The notes beneath the pieces were generated by a model. It made no database searches. It saw only the letters and a program-made list of their open reading frames with translations, and was not told the DNA's origin. Both the position numbers and the translations under genes were made by a program. 64,000 nucleotides of DNA from a virus: positions 1 through 64,000 of the IMG/VR virus record IMGVR_UViG_3300027763_000036; one strand, 5' to 3'. This document shows, piece after piece, positions 1-8,090 of the stretch. Numbering within the stretch: position 1 is the first letter of the stretch; the number at the start of each line of letters is the position of its first letter.

Positions 1-81
1 CTCTTTTGCTTGTTCTATTAAATAATTATTCGGTGGTAAATCAAGCATTTCTACCAACCATTCTACTGCTGTTTGTTTCAT
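1..81 (-). CDS. Small hypothetical protein (MKQTAVEWL... N-terminus), runs off the window edge
   Basis: ATG at 81 reads MKQTAVEWLVEMLDLPPNNYLIEQAKE; open to position 1. Confidence 0.6.
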   Translation of the reverse strand, partial: MKQTAVEWLVEMLDLPPNNYLIEQAKE

Positions 82-229
82 ATTAATTATTATTTAAGTA
101 GCCAAATGTTCCTTAAAAAAGCACTTTTGGCTGTAGATAATCGGTTTTTTTCCGTTTATATACTTAAAATTTGTCAAGTTTTATAAACTCTTGTTCCAAC
201 CATTCTACTGCTGTTTGTTTCATATTAAT
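54..229. repeat. 34-bp direct repeat (54-87 and 196-229) spanning the leader and first 9 codons of MKQTAVEWL
   Basis: CCAACCATTCTACTGCTGTTTGTTTCATATTAAT occurs twice exactly; the second copy starts a 19-aa ORF (164-223). Confidence 0.9.
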
Positions 230-394
230 GTGTTTTATAGCGCACAAAAGTGCATTAGTTTATCCTTTTAATTACAGGTTATAACCTGATGATAGGGTCC
301 CCTGTGTTCAGGCTATAACCTTAAAATTCTTCAAGTTTTTTAAGTCTATAAGTTTATAACCTGATATTATATCCGGAAAATTTCCGGATAGAGC

Positions 395-631
395 TTATTT
401 TTTTCCGGGTAGTTCCTCTCCATCTTTACCAGAAACTATACCCATTAGCTGTTTCATAATAGCATCTTGTGTATCTCCCCAGAACATATCACATTTAAAT
501 TTATCATCTGTAATAGTATATGGTGGACTTAAAAAGTATGCTTGCCAATACTCATACGGTTTAGATGTAAATCTTTTACATTTTTCTTTTACTGGGCATT
601 CAAACCCATGGCACATTGTTATATCTGGCAT
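395..631 (-). CDS. Small Cys-containing hypothetical protein
   Basis: 78-aa ORF with MPDITMC-x4-CP-x4-C-x-RF motif; packed in operon. Confidence 0.75.
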   Translation of the reverse strand: MPDITMCHGFECPVKEKCKRFTSKPYEYWQAYFLSPPYTITDDKFKCDMFWGDTQDAIMKQLMGIVSGKDGEELPGKK

Positions 632-634
632 ATC

Positions 635-844
635 TTATTCTTTATCTGATTTATTTATTTTCCTTGACTCTACATAATCTATAATAAAGCCCCCGGCAAC
701 TATTAGGTTCATACCCATGGACATAAGAACCTCATGTAAATCTTTGTATACATTAATAGAAAGATGTATATGACCTACTACCCAAAAAGGTATGGATAAG
801 TTTTGGCTTATCCATACCAGGGTATATTTTAAAAAGTGTTTCAC
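635..844 (-). CDS. Small membrane protein
   Basis: 69 aa, two hydrophobic segments; abuts neighbours. Confidence 0.7.
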   Translation of the reverse strand: MKHFLKYTLVWISQNLSIPFWVVGHIHLSINVYKDLHEVLMSMGMNLIVAGGFIIDYVESRKINKSDKE

Positions 845-1299
845 TGTTTGATTACAGCATTAAGTGCAGCTGTACTTCCAGTCATTTTAAATTCATGAGT
901 TTCAGTAGAACATACATGATCATAGACTCTCACTTTTAATCTACTAGCTGCTTTAAAATCAGCTACCATAAGTGAATCTGATAATATATTTGAAACCATA
1001 AATACTGATTCATGATCACTACTTACATGTCCCCATGTTTGGTATAATTTATTTACACCGTTTACTACAAATAATAAATCTACATTTACTGGATCATCAC
1101 AAATAAATAGTCCAGAAATATAAAATGCAACTTTATCAGTCCCTCTTTCAAGTTTTAAATATTCATCTTGTCCATCTTCGGTATATGCAATTGTATATGC
1201 ACGACTAAACCCATCATCAACTTTCTTGGTAACCCATTGTGCAAATGAATTTGCTGTAAATAAAATAATTCCTAATAATACTAATATTAACTTTTTCAT
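841..1299 (-). CDS. Secreted/periplasmic hypothetical protein
   Basis: Sec signal peptide MKKLILVLLGIILFTANSFA-Q, with Bacteroidota-type Gln at +1. Confidence 0.8.
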   Translation of the reverse strand: MKKLILVLLGIILFTANSFAQWVTKKVDDGFSRAYTIAYTEDGQDEYLKLERGTDKVAFYISGLFICDDPVNVDLLFVVNGVNKLYQTWGHVSSDHESVFMVSNILSDSLMVADFKAASRLKVRVYDHVCSTETHEFKMTGSTAALNAVIKQ

Positions 1300-1320
1300 T
1301 TTTTCGGTTTTTTAATTGTT

Positions 1321-1542
1321 TTACTTTCTTCTGATGAACTCTCCTTCAGAATCTTTTGCAGTCTCTCCCAGATCTGTTTGTTTATTAGATTGTAATCTGG
1401 TTCTTTCTTGCGCTCTTTCATACTCTTGCCAATTATAGATATTTAATTCTTTCATTTTCAAGAAATCATCCAGAGTCATATCCTCTGGCATATCATTGTT
1501 ATTATTCATTATTTGAATATATGCTTCTTTCACTCTTCCCAT
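1321..1542 (-). CDS. Hypothetical protein
   Basis: 73-aa ORF, translationally coupled to the upstream gene. Confidence 0.65.
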   Translation of the reverse strand: MGRVKEAYIQIMNNNNDMPEDMTLDDFLKMKELNIYNWQEYERAQERTRLQSNKQTDLGETAKDSEGEFIRRK

Positions 1543-1997
1543 TATTTCATTGTTTTAAAGACATTAATTAATTCTTCTTTTGTTATATTTTCAGGAAGCT
1601 TGTCAAGTAAATTAAGATCAAAGTTGCCAGTAATTATTATTTGAGATTTTTCAACATCAATGTAATTTGTTTGAATACTAAACAAACCTAAGTCTCTGTT
1701 TCTCGTATCAATAATACTTACTATTGGTTGAATAGCTTTTAGATAATCTATATCTTTATGCTTCCACCAATAATCATGTTCCTGAAGGCCTAGGGTTACT
1801 GATGAGTGATCTCTATTAAAGAACTTACCTATCATCAAATGAGTTAAGTGTCTTCTTTTCTTTAGAACATTATAAAGATAATATCTCATGTATGTCTTTT
1901 CTCTCTTTCTACTTTTTGTGTTTAGCTGATACTTATCAATAATACCAACTATATCTTGGTTTACAACTTTGTTAAGTTCAAATACATCTTCTACCAT
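1542..1997 (-). CDS. DnaA C-terminal-like helix-turn-helix DNA-binding protein
   Basis: IGKFFNRDHSSVTLG resembles the DnaA domain IV signature IG-x-x-F-x-RDH-S/T-TV. Confidence 0.65.
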   Translation of the reverse strand: MVEDVFELNKVVNQDIVGIIDKYQLNTKSRKREKTYMRYYLYNVLKKRRHLTHLMIGKFFNRDHSSVTLGLQEHDYWWKHKDIDYLKAIQPIVSIIDTRNRDLGLFSIQTNYIDVEKSQIIITGNFDLNLLDKLPENITKEELINVFKTMK

Positions 1998-1999
1998 CT

Positions 2000-2179
2000 C
2001 TAAATAAAAAATGGAAATAATAATCCTTTAAATTCACCTACAATAGGTCCAATAAATACTGTTGCTAAAAATCCATGGTTTTGTCCATACAAATACCAAA
2101 AATATAAAGCAAAAAATTGCGCTACCAAAATATAGAGCATAACAGCAATATATAGTGGCACTATATATCTTTCTTCCAT
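2000..2179 (-). CDS. 59-aa membrane protein (not in ORF track)
   Basis: MEERYIVPLYIAVMLYILVAQFFALYFWY...FPFFI*; fills the gap between neighbours. Confidence 0.65.
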   Translation of the reverse strand: MEERYIVPLYIAVMLYILVAQFFALYFWYLYGQNHGFLATVFIGPIVGEFKGLLFPFFI

Positions 2180-2185
2180 AAAATT

Positions 2186-2461
2186 TTAAATTAGTTCTAA
2201 GTCAGCTTCTTTAACTGTTTCTTTTGTTTCTTCAAATGCCTGTGATAATAAGTCAAGAGACAAGAATCTCTCTGCATTATAAAGTTCATAGGGAAAAGAA
2301 CTTGATGACAATTTAACTTCTTTAAGAAGTACACCAAATTTATTATCCTGTAATCCCATCCTTACTATCCTGGTGATAGTATATACTTCACCCTCTATAA
2401 TCCACTCATTATCAGGTATTTTACTTGGCTTATTTGAAGCATCAATACATATTGCCCGCAT
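2186..2461 (-). CDS. Hypothetical protein
   Basis: 91-aa ORF overlapping the end of clpS. Confidence 0.7.
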   Translation of the reverse strand: MRAICIDASNKPSKIPDNEWIIEGEVYTITRIVRMGLQDNKFGVLLKEVKLSSSSFPYELYNAERFLSLDLLSQAFEETKETVKEADLELI

Positions 2462-2696
2462 ATTGTTCTACTGAAGTTTTGAGATCTAAATTACGTAAAC
2501 TCTCTGAAATTTCCAACATGGTTAATAAATCTCCATATTTTACTGTGCACTTTCCCATCTCATGTACAAGCAAAGCACATTGCTCTGCCTGTAAAGGTTG
2601 GTGTTCACAAAATCTTATGAGACAAGCCATTACATATAGAAATGTATTCTTGTCATCATTATGCAGAATAATCTTATGTGTAACACTTTCTTCCAT
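2442..2696 (-). CDS. clpS: ATP-dependent Clp protease adaptor ClpS-like
   Basis: IILHNDDKNTF...QAEQCALLVHEMGKCTVKYG matches ClpS motifs. Confidence 0.85.
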   Translation of the reverse strand: MEESVTHKIILHNDDKNTFLYVMACLIRFCEHQPLQAEQCALLVHEMGKCTVKYGDLLTMLEISESLRNLDLKTSVEQYAGNMY

Positions 2697-2711
2697 ATAG
2701 TAATATAGTAA

Positions 2712-3806
2712 TTATATTGGTTGTAGGTTGTAATTTCGCCACACTATCTTGCTTTGGTCAAAATCTTCCAAAGCTTCTTTAACCCACTTTTCATCTACAG
2801 TTCCTATGTAACATAGTATGTGCACAATAGCCTTGTCATCTGGGTTTAAGCGCAAAAGTCTCCCTATTCTCTGACTAGCCTTACGCTCATTCCCATATGC
2901 ATGCATAATAATTCCTTGTTTTAAACCCGGTATATTTACACCCTCATTTAATTGCAATACACATGAGAGCTTTGTAATATTACCAGCCTTAAAATCTTGC
3001 AAATTTGCTTCAGAATCAGGGTTATTACTATGATAGCTATGTGTACACATTCTATCAGCTTGATCTTGAGTATTAGCAAATACAATACACTTACTACTAA
3101 TACTTTTTAGTAGTTCTTTAGCATATCTTTCTTTACTTGGATACTCCATCATAGCTTTCATTCTCATTACTCTAAGTATGTGAGGTTGTCCTGCTGATGT
3201 GTCAATCCTTGTACCCCAATAACCATAATTCTGAGCTTCAGAGGTCATAAATGACTTATTCTTTGTCTCAACTTTATAATTCTTTGCTGTATCTAGATTG
3301 ATCTCATGTACAATTATTTGATAGCTGTTAATAATACCTGATTCTATTGCATCATCTGCCTTAAATGTAAAAACAACTGGACAATACTCAGATACTAGTT
3401 TACCTTTCTCAGAACTCTTATGCTTAGGTGGAGTACCTGTTAGACCAAGTACCATTCCTGAATAATTATCTAAAAAAGTTTTGTGACTATCAAGTAAAGA
3501 ATGAACCTCATCAAAGTAAATACAATCATACTCTCCTGGGTGATGTTTATTCAAGCTTAGATAAGTTGTAAATGTAACATTTTCCAATAGTCTACTCATC
3601 TTAAACTTTTCTGCTTCATATCTCCATGAGCTTATAATAGATAATTTGGGAGCTACAACTAAAATACTACGCAAAGGAGAATAGTGTTTTTCCATGTGCT
3701 TTAAACCTACAAGGGTTTTACCCACACCTGTACCAAGTACAATAGTGCATCTTTGTTTACCCTCAGTAGCATTTATTGCTTCTGTTTGTATTTCTTCTCT
3801 GTTCAT
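2712..3806 (-). CDS. Superfamily 2 DNA/RNA helicase
   Basis: Walker A GTGVGKT, DEVH, motif III LTGT, motif VI QRIGRLLR. Confidence 0.9.
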   Translation of the reverse strand: MNREEIQTEAINATEGKQRCTIVLGTGVGKTLVGLKHMEKHYSPLRSILVVAPKLSIISSWRYEAEKFKMSRLLENVTFTTYLSLNKHHPGEYDCIYFDEVHSLLDSHKTFLDNYSGMVLGLTGTPPKHKSSEKGKLVSEYCPVVFTFKADDAIESGIINSYQIIVHEINLDTAKNYKVETKNKSFMTSEAQNYGYWGTRIDTSAGQPHILRVMRMKAMMEYPSKERYAKELLKSISSKCIVFANTQDQADRMCTHSYHSNNPDSEANLQDFKAGNITKLSCVLQLNEGVNIPGLKQGIIMHAYGNERKASQRIGRLLRLNPDDKAIVHILCYIGTVDEKWVKEALEDFDQSKIVWRNYNLQPI

Positions 3807-3816
3807 AATTTGTAAG

Positions 3817-4239
3817 TTATTTTAAATATCCAAGAGCTCTAGACTCTTTCGGGTTTAAGTGTAACCAATCATGGCAGTTCCTACAGACCGCAAGCCATGT
3901 AGACTGCACTAAATAAAAAGCATCTCTATTAGCACCAGAATGTGTATGGTGTACATCTGTGGCATTAATATCACAACCTTTTACTGCTATTTGACACAGA
4001 CTGAAATCTGTAAGAAATCTCTTTCTTAGTTTGAGATACTCTGCATCTTTCTTTTTCCTTTTAGAAGAAACCTGAGGGATTTTATAATCAGTTGGTTTCT
4101 GTATATTATCTTTATTCTTGGGATTTTGGCAACTCCAACAATACTTACAATACTTGAATCCCCCGGTTTCTCCACTTTTCCAGATGTGTTTTTCTAAACC
4201 ACATCCATCACAAATTTTTAATTTAATTTTAATTGACAT
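3817..4239 (-). CDS. HNH endonuclease with N-terminal Zn ribbon
   Basis: CDGC...CKYC; C-x6-C...DVHH...CRNCHDWLH. Confidence 0.75.
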   Translation of the reverse strand: MSIKIKLKICDGCGLEKHIWKSGETGGFKYCKYCWSCQNPKNKDNIQKPTDYKIPQVSSKRKKKDAEYLKLRKRFLTDFSLCQIAVKGCDINATDVHHTHSGANRDAFYLVQSTWLAVCRNCHDWLHLNPKESRALGYLK

Positions 4240-5089
4240 AGACTTCTATATTTGTGATCTCTTTCCATAAATAACCATAAGCAGTTCTCTGTATAACACC
4301 TTTAATAGCATTATCAATAGAGTTATGACTCTTTAGTTTTAACTTTTTCTTTACATCATTAAGAGATGAGAATTTGTTTAATAGTATACCATCAAGTGAA
4401 TACTGTTCAATTATTCTTTTTACTCTACAGTAGTTTCTATTATGTGAAAGAATATAACCTTTTACAGTAACTCTTTTACCATTTAAACCCTCTCTAACAT
4501 GATTTGCTGTAGTATTTAATTGTCTAGCTGTTTCTTCAATAGATTTATAACTAGTAATATATTCAGCTGTTTTAGAAAAGATAAAAACCTGTTTAGATAG
4601 TTTATCAGTCCATGGATCAATAACTTGTTTCTTAAAGGTTTTAAATTGGAAGTTACTAGCTTTATAATCACTTTTACATGACTGATATATAGAAGTTTCA
4701 CTTATACTAAGAACATGAGCAGCTTCTTTTGCTGAAATCCATTCTGCAATAAATTCTCCAGTTAACCTATATTGGTAGACTTTAGTAGAATCTTTCCATT
4801 TATGACCACCAGGAGCCTTGTTCAATAATAAACCATTACCATGAATCTTTCTACCATATTTAGATATAAGTTCAACTTCTTTAGCACAAGCATCTTCTTT
4901 ATTGTCATAGATAGCAATAATACTCACAGAATAATCATTTATAGAGGTATATTCAGTCCATTCAAATTGTCTCTTTCTATTCTTACTATAAGCTCTAGAG
5001 TATTCATTGTTATTAACTGAAGAACCTATACCAACATAAAATACAGTGTTGTCAACAATATTTGTATGAGTGTAAACATAATAATACAT
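4229..5089 (-). CDS. GIY-YIG homing endonuclease with NUMOD1 repeats
   Basis: YYVYTH...VFYVGIG...R...E catalytic pattern; three NUMOD1-like repeats (VYQYRLTGEFIAEWISAKEAA etc.); start moved to 5089, downstream of TATATTTG. Confidence 0.8.
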   Translation of the reverse strand: MYYYVYTHTNIVDNTVFYVGIGSSVNNNEYSRAYSKNRKRQFEWTEYTSINDYSVSIIAIYDNKEDACAKEVELISKYGRKIHGNGLLLNKAPGGHKWKDSTKVYQYRLTGEFIAEWISAKEAAHVLSISETSIYQSCKSDYKASNFQFKTFKKQVIDPWTDKLSKQVFIFSKTAEYITSYKSIEETARQLNTTANHVREGLNGKRVTVKGYILSHNRNYCRVKRIIEQYSLDGILLNKFSSLNDVKKKLKLKSHNSIDNAIKGVIQRTAYGYLWKEITNIEVYVN

Positions 5090-5111
5090 ATGGAAGAATT
5101 GTTTTATACTA

Positions 5112-5119
5112 CAAATATA
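5112..5119 (-). promoter_or_regulatory. Bacteroidota-type -7 promoter element (TATATTTG) for the endonuclease
   Basis: Matches TAnnTTTG, 22 nt upstream of ATG 5089. Confidence 0.55.
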
Positions 5120-5160
5120 ATACATTTCTTCCACATAGTTATCTTATTTTGTTTTCTCTT

Positions 5161-5382
5161 TCATTGTTCTTGTTGTTTATTTAGTTCGTGTTTTACTTCT
5201 TCCCAATAATTTATTATTAGTCTATTTTGCCAATGATGCTCGTGTAAAGACTCAATTACTTCATCAACTGCAATCAATGCACATTGTTTTCCTTTATAAT
5301 TGTTTAAGCCGCTGCCTTCATAATCTACTACATTTAACCTAAACTTATCAAATAACTCTTCTGCTTTTTCTTTTGGTGTCAT
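5161..5382 (-). CDS. Small hypothetical protein (MTPKEKA...QCALIAVDE...YWEEVK)
   Basis: 73-aa ORF. Confidence 0.75.
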   Translation of the reverse strand: MTPKEKAEELFDKFRLNVVDYEGSGLNNYKGKQCALIAVDEVIESLHEHHWQNRLIINYWEEVKHELNKQQEQ

Positions 5383-5450
5383 ATTTCTTGTTGTTTAAAA
5401 GTTTAAAAAAGTGCTTGTCTTTCCAAGCTGTCAGAGAATTAATCTTTTTC

Positions 5451-5537
5451 TCAAATAAGGGATTTAAATCCCCCATGGTTCTTCCATATAACGGTTTCTT
5501 TTCCACAACCGTCACATTCTTTAAGCTTTTGCTGCAT
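5451..5537 (-). pseudogene. Orphaned 5' fragment of the HNH gene
   Basis: MQQKLKECDGCGKETVIWKNHGGFK-SLI* aligns with KLKICDGCGLEKHIWKSGETGGFK of ORF 3817-4239. Confidence 0.7.
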
Positions 5538-6021
5538 TCTTTAATCTTGGTAAAGTGACCGGTGCTTCCTGTAAACTTAAAAAGTTTTTAGGAAGTATAC
5601 CTTCAGATATAAAGATACTGATAATATCACTCTTTCCAATGTTTAAATCTTTAAAAGTTAAAGTATTAGTATACTTTTCATCTACCTCAGAATAAGCTAC
5701 CATAGATTCTGTCCAAGGACTTTTGGGAAACAAAGTCTGAAATATATAATTGCTGTACTGATTAGTAACTTGCTGTTTAAAAACATTAAGCACTCTTTGA
5801 GCACGTTTATATACATTTAGTATTCTTTGTTTCTTTTTGCTACACATTGTGTCTAGCTCTTCTTTTGTCAGTGCATTTAGGCCATACAAAGCACGCTTGT
5901 ATAAATAATTCTGGTACTGAGAGTAACCATCTGATTCATACTGTGTATATGTTTTGCCTGCATTTAACTGATAATTTTTGACCTGCTGTTTTAACTTTTC
6001 CATTTTATACATTTTTTTCAT
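5521..6021 (-). CDS. Hypothetical protein
   Basis: 166-aa ORF. Confidence 0.8.
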   Translation of the reverse strand: MKKMYKMEKLKQQVKNYQLNAGKTYTQYESDGYSQYQNYLYKRALYGLNALTKEELDTMCSKKKQRILNVYKRAQRVLNVFKQQVTNQYSNYIFQTLFPKSPWTESMVAYSEVDEKYTNTLTFKDLNIGKSDIISIFISEGILPKNFLSLQEAPVTLPRLKNAAKA

Positions 6022-6036
6022 AAATTAATAATCATA

Positions 6037-6066
6037 AAAAATAAAAGGGGGTAGTTACCCACCCCC
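6037..6066 (-). terminator. Intrinsic terminator
   Basis: GGGGGT...ACCCCC stem followed by TTTTATTTTT. Confidence 0.7.
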
Positions 6067-6089
6067 AATTATTCTATCAACTCAATATC

Positions 6090-6563
6090 TTAGATATTAA
6101 ATTCTTGTCCTGCTGCACTTTTGATAGCAGAACTATTTGCTTGAGAATATGCAGTACGTAATTGCTCTACATTATCATGCTTGATTAATGTATCTTGTGC
6201 ATTAGATGCAGAAGAATATACTGCTCTACGGTAGATTGGTAACCCACCTACAGTACAGATAATTCCTGTATCACCAGCAACTTTAAGATCACGCTCAGGA
6301 GTTTTCTTGTTAAATGGAGTCATAGACTCTTCAATAACAATAGTACCTGGCAACTCTTGTCCGGCATAAAAGCCCATAAGAGTTAAATCTGCAGTAGAAC
6401 CTTGTAATAAGGCAGAAACATTTTTTCTCTCAATGAAGTTATTATTACCAATAATCATTCGAGTTTGTTCTACTCTTACACTTGCAAAAACTGGATTGTT
6501 TTCAGAAATTTTAACTACTGCACCTGTAGTAGCATCAGCTACAACTTTAACTGTTGAATTCAT
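6090..6563 (-). CDS. Putative single-stranded DNA-binding protein
   Basis: Beta-rich 157 aa with a flexible tail ending EFNI; leader has a pseudoknot plus (UAUU)7, as in the T4 gene 32 operator; function inferred. Confidence 0.5.
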   Translation of the reverse strand: MNSTVKVVADATTGAVVKISENNPVFASVRVEQTRMIIGNNNFIERKNVSALLQGSTADLTLMGFYAGQELPGTIVIEESMTPFNKKTPERDLKVAGDTGIICTVGGLPIYRRAVYSSASNAQDTLIKHDNVEQLRTAYSQANSSAIKSAAGQEFNI

Positions 6564-6576
6564 AATTCTTGTTTTT

Positions 6577-6655
6577 AATAAATAAATAAATAAATAAATA
6601 AATAGATTGTTGAGTGTAGATTTACTATATCATTAGTTACTCATGCTAAGTGATA
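6577..6655 (-). promoter_or_regulatory. Pseudoknot plus (UAUU)7 candidate translational operator
   Basis: Stem TATCACTTAG/CTAATGATA; loop TGAGT pairs with ACTCA (6611-6615); 7 perfect tetramer repeats at 6577-6604. Confidence 0.6.
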
Positions 6656-6688
6656 AGTGGTAAGTATTGCATATCGCGATTAGCAATA

Positions 6689-6961
6689 CTAGTTATCCAG
6701 TGGATCCTCTAAGTCAATGATATCATCAAATGGTAAATCATCTGATGCTATATCATTAGCGTCATAATCTTCTAGTGGAAGAAAATCTGTATCAATATAT
6801 TTTTCTCTGGTGTTTTTCTCAACAGCAGAACCGGTAAAAGGGTCTATGACATGTTCACCATAATCTATAGACATTAAGAACTGTATATCTAAATCTGTAA
6901 GATCTAAAAACTCATCTATGCTTAGATGCACAACCTTCCCGTTTGGTAACTGATATAACAT
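6689..6961 (-). CDS. Acidic hypothetical protein
   Basis: 90 aa, Asp-rich C-terminus. Confidence 0.8.
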   Translation of the reverse strand: MLYQLPNGKVVHLSIDEFLDLTDLDIQFLMSIDYGEHVIDPFTGSAVEKNTREKYIDTDFLPLEDYDANDIASDDLPFDDIIDLEDPLDN

Positions 6962-7045
6962 TATTTATTCTCTAGTAAAAATACGTGATAAAATCAAGTA
7001 TAATTGCTTGTGCAAAATAATATAATGCAATATATAGCTAACAAT

Positions 7046-7068
7046 AAAAGGGGAAACTTAATCCCCCT
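7046..7068 (-). terminator. Intrinsic terminator
   Basis: GGGGA-loop-TCCCC followed by TTTT. Confidence 0.65.
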
Positions 7069-7110
7069 ATTATTTGGTCAGGAAAAGCATATTCGCAGGA
7101 ATACACTATC

Positions 7111-7632
7111 TTACATTTTCTTATAGCTTTGAGCTATTTTTCTAATTAGCTTAGAGTAATGTGCGTTATTTGCATATGATCTATCTAAGTATGCATAATA
7201 TGCTTCTTCAGTTTTGAACTTGTGCATATATATGGCATAGTAAAAAATATAATCAATTACAGAATCACGCCAATGGTCATACTTTGCAAATCCATTTCTA
7301 GAACCTTTATTTGTAGTTGGTCTTAATCTAGCTTGACGCATGCCAAATAGATTATTGTTGTTTGCAAATATTCCTGAAGTAAACTTGCCTGACTCTAAGT
7401 GTGCCTGTGCTAGTATAATATGCGGGAATCTTACATTAAGACTATATACATATTTTACAAGAGCTTCTTGAGAGAATGTTGAATCTAAACTTGGTATATA
7501 TTTAGGTTTTGGATCAATGTTTTTAGCAATTGCTCTTCTTTGTACTGGTGTCATTGCTAAATTAATAGCAAGAGCAATTACTACAAGTGCTCCTAACACC
7601 ATCATGTTTCTGTAAAATTTACTATTATCCAT
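7111..7632 (-). CDS. GH73 glucosaminidase-family peptidoglycan hydrolase with N-terminal membrane anchor
   Basis: ILAQAHLESG, NNLFGM, FAKY, YA-x4-Y motifs; hydrophobic residues 10-27. Confidence 0.85.
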   Translation of the reverse strand: MDNSKFYRNMMVLGALVVIALAINLAMTPVQRRAIAKNIDPKPKYIPSLDSTFSQEALVKYVYSLNVRFPHIILAQAHLESGKFTSGIFANNNNLFGMRQARLRPTTNKGSRNGFAKYDHWRDSVIDYIFYYAIYMHKFKTEEAYYAYLDRSYANNAHYSKLIRKIAQSYKKM

Positions 7633-7661
7633 AATGTTTAGTTTAGTTAATAAGTAGATAG

Positions 7662-7735
7662 TGATCCTGTTTGGATTCGAACCAAAGACCTATTGCTTAG
7701 AAGGCAATTGCTCTATCCAGCTGAGCTACAGGACC
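7662..7735 (-). tRNA. tRNA-Arg (anticodon UCU)
   Basis: GGTCCTG/CAGGATC acceptor, D-arm GCTC/GAGC, anticodon stem ATTGC/GCAAT with loop CTTCTAA, T-loop TTCGAAT; CCA not encoded. Confidence 0.95.
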
Positions 7736-7790
7736 AATATAAAACAGACTATTGCACCTTTCATCTGTTTCCTGCGGTTATAAGTGCACG

Positions 7791-7798
7791 CAAATATA
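7791..7798 (-). promoter_or_regulatory. -7 promoter element TATATTTG upstream of the tRNA
   Basis: TAnnTTTG match. Confidence 0.55.
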
Positions 7799-7799
7799 A

Positions 7800-8090
7800 T
7801 TAATATTCTGGTCCCATTTCTTCCCAGGTAAGATCATCATCACTAAGAATCCACAAATTTGCTACAAATCCTGTAGCTGTATTTAGTAAATACTTAGCAG
7901 TTGGGAAAACTACCATTACATAGCTATCTCCTTGTCTAGAGATGCTAGTAATTCTTTCTTGTTGAACAACTTCAACGTTTTTAATAAACTTTACCTCAGA
8001 TTTAGTAAAGCCACGGAACATACCATCATCAGCTAAAGTAATGGTAGTTGTACATGTAATCAGTAATGCAAATAATAAGTTCTTAATCAT
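7800..8090 (-). CDS. Secreted hypothetical protein
   Basis: Signal-peptide-like N-terminus. Confidence 0.7.
   Translation of the reverse strand: MIKNLLFALLITCTTTITLADDGMFRGFTKSEVKFIKNVEVVQQERITSISRQGDSYVMVVFPTAKYLLNTATGFVANLWILSDDDLTWEEMGPEY

Noticed and set aside
7662-7735. Possible amber suppressor tRNA (CTA in the anticodon loop) and TAG recoding, as in some crAss-like phages
   Set aside because: The stem ATTGC/GCAAT centres TCT in the 7-nt loop CTTCTAA, giving Arg. Long genes are uninterrupted in the standard code and TAG is used as a normal stop (e.g. the portal gene).
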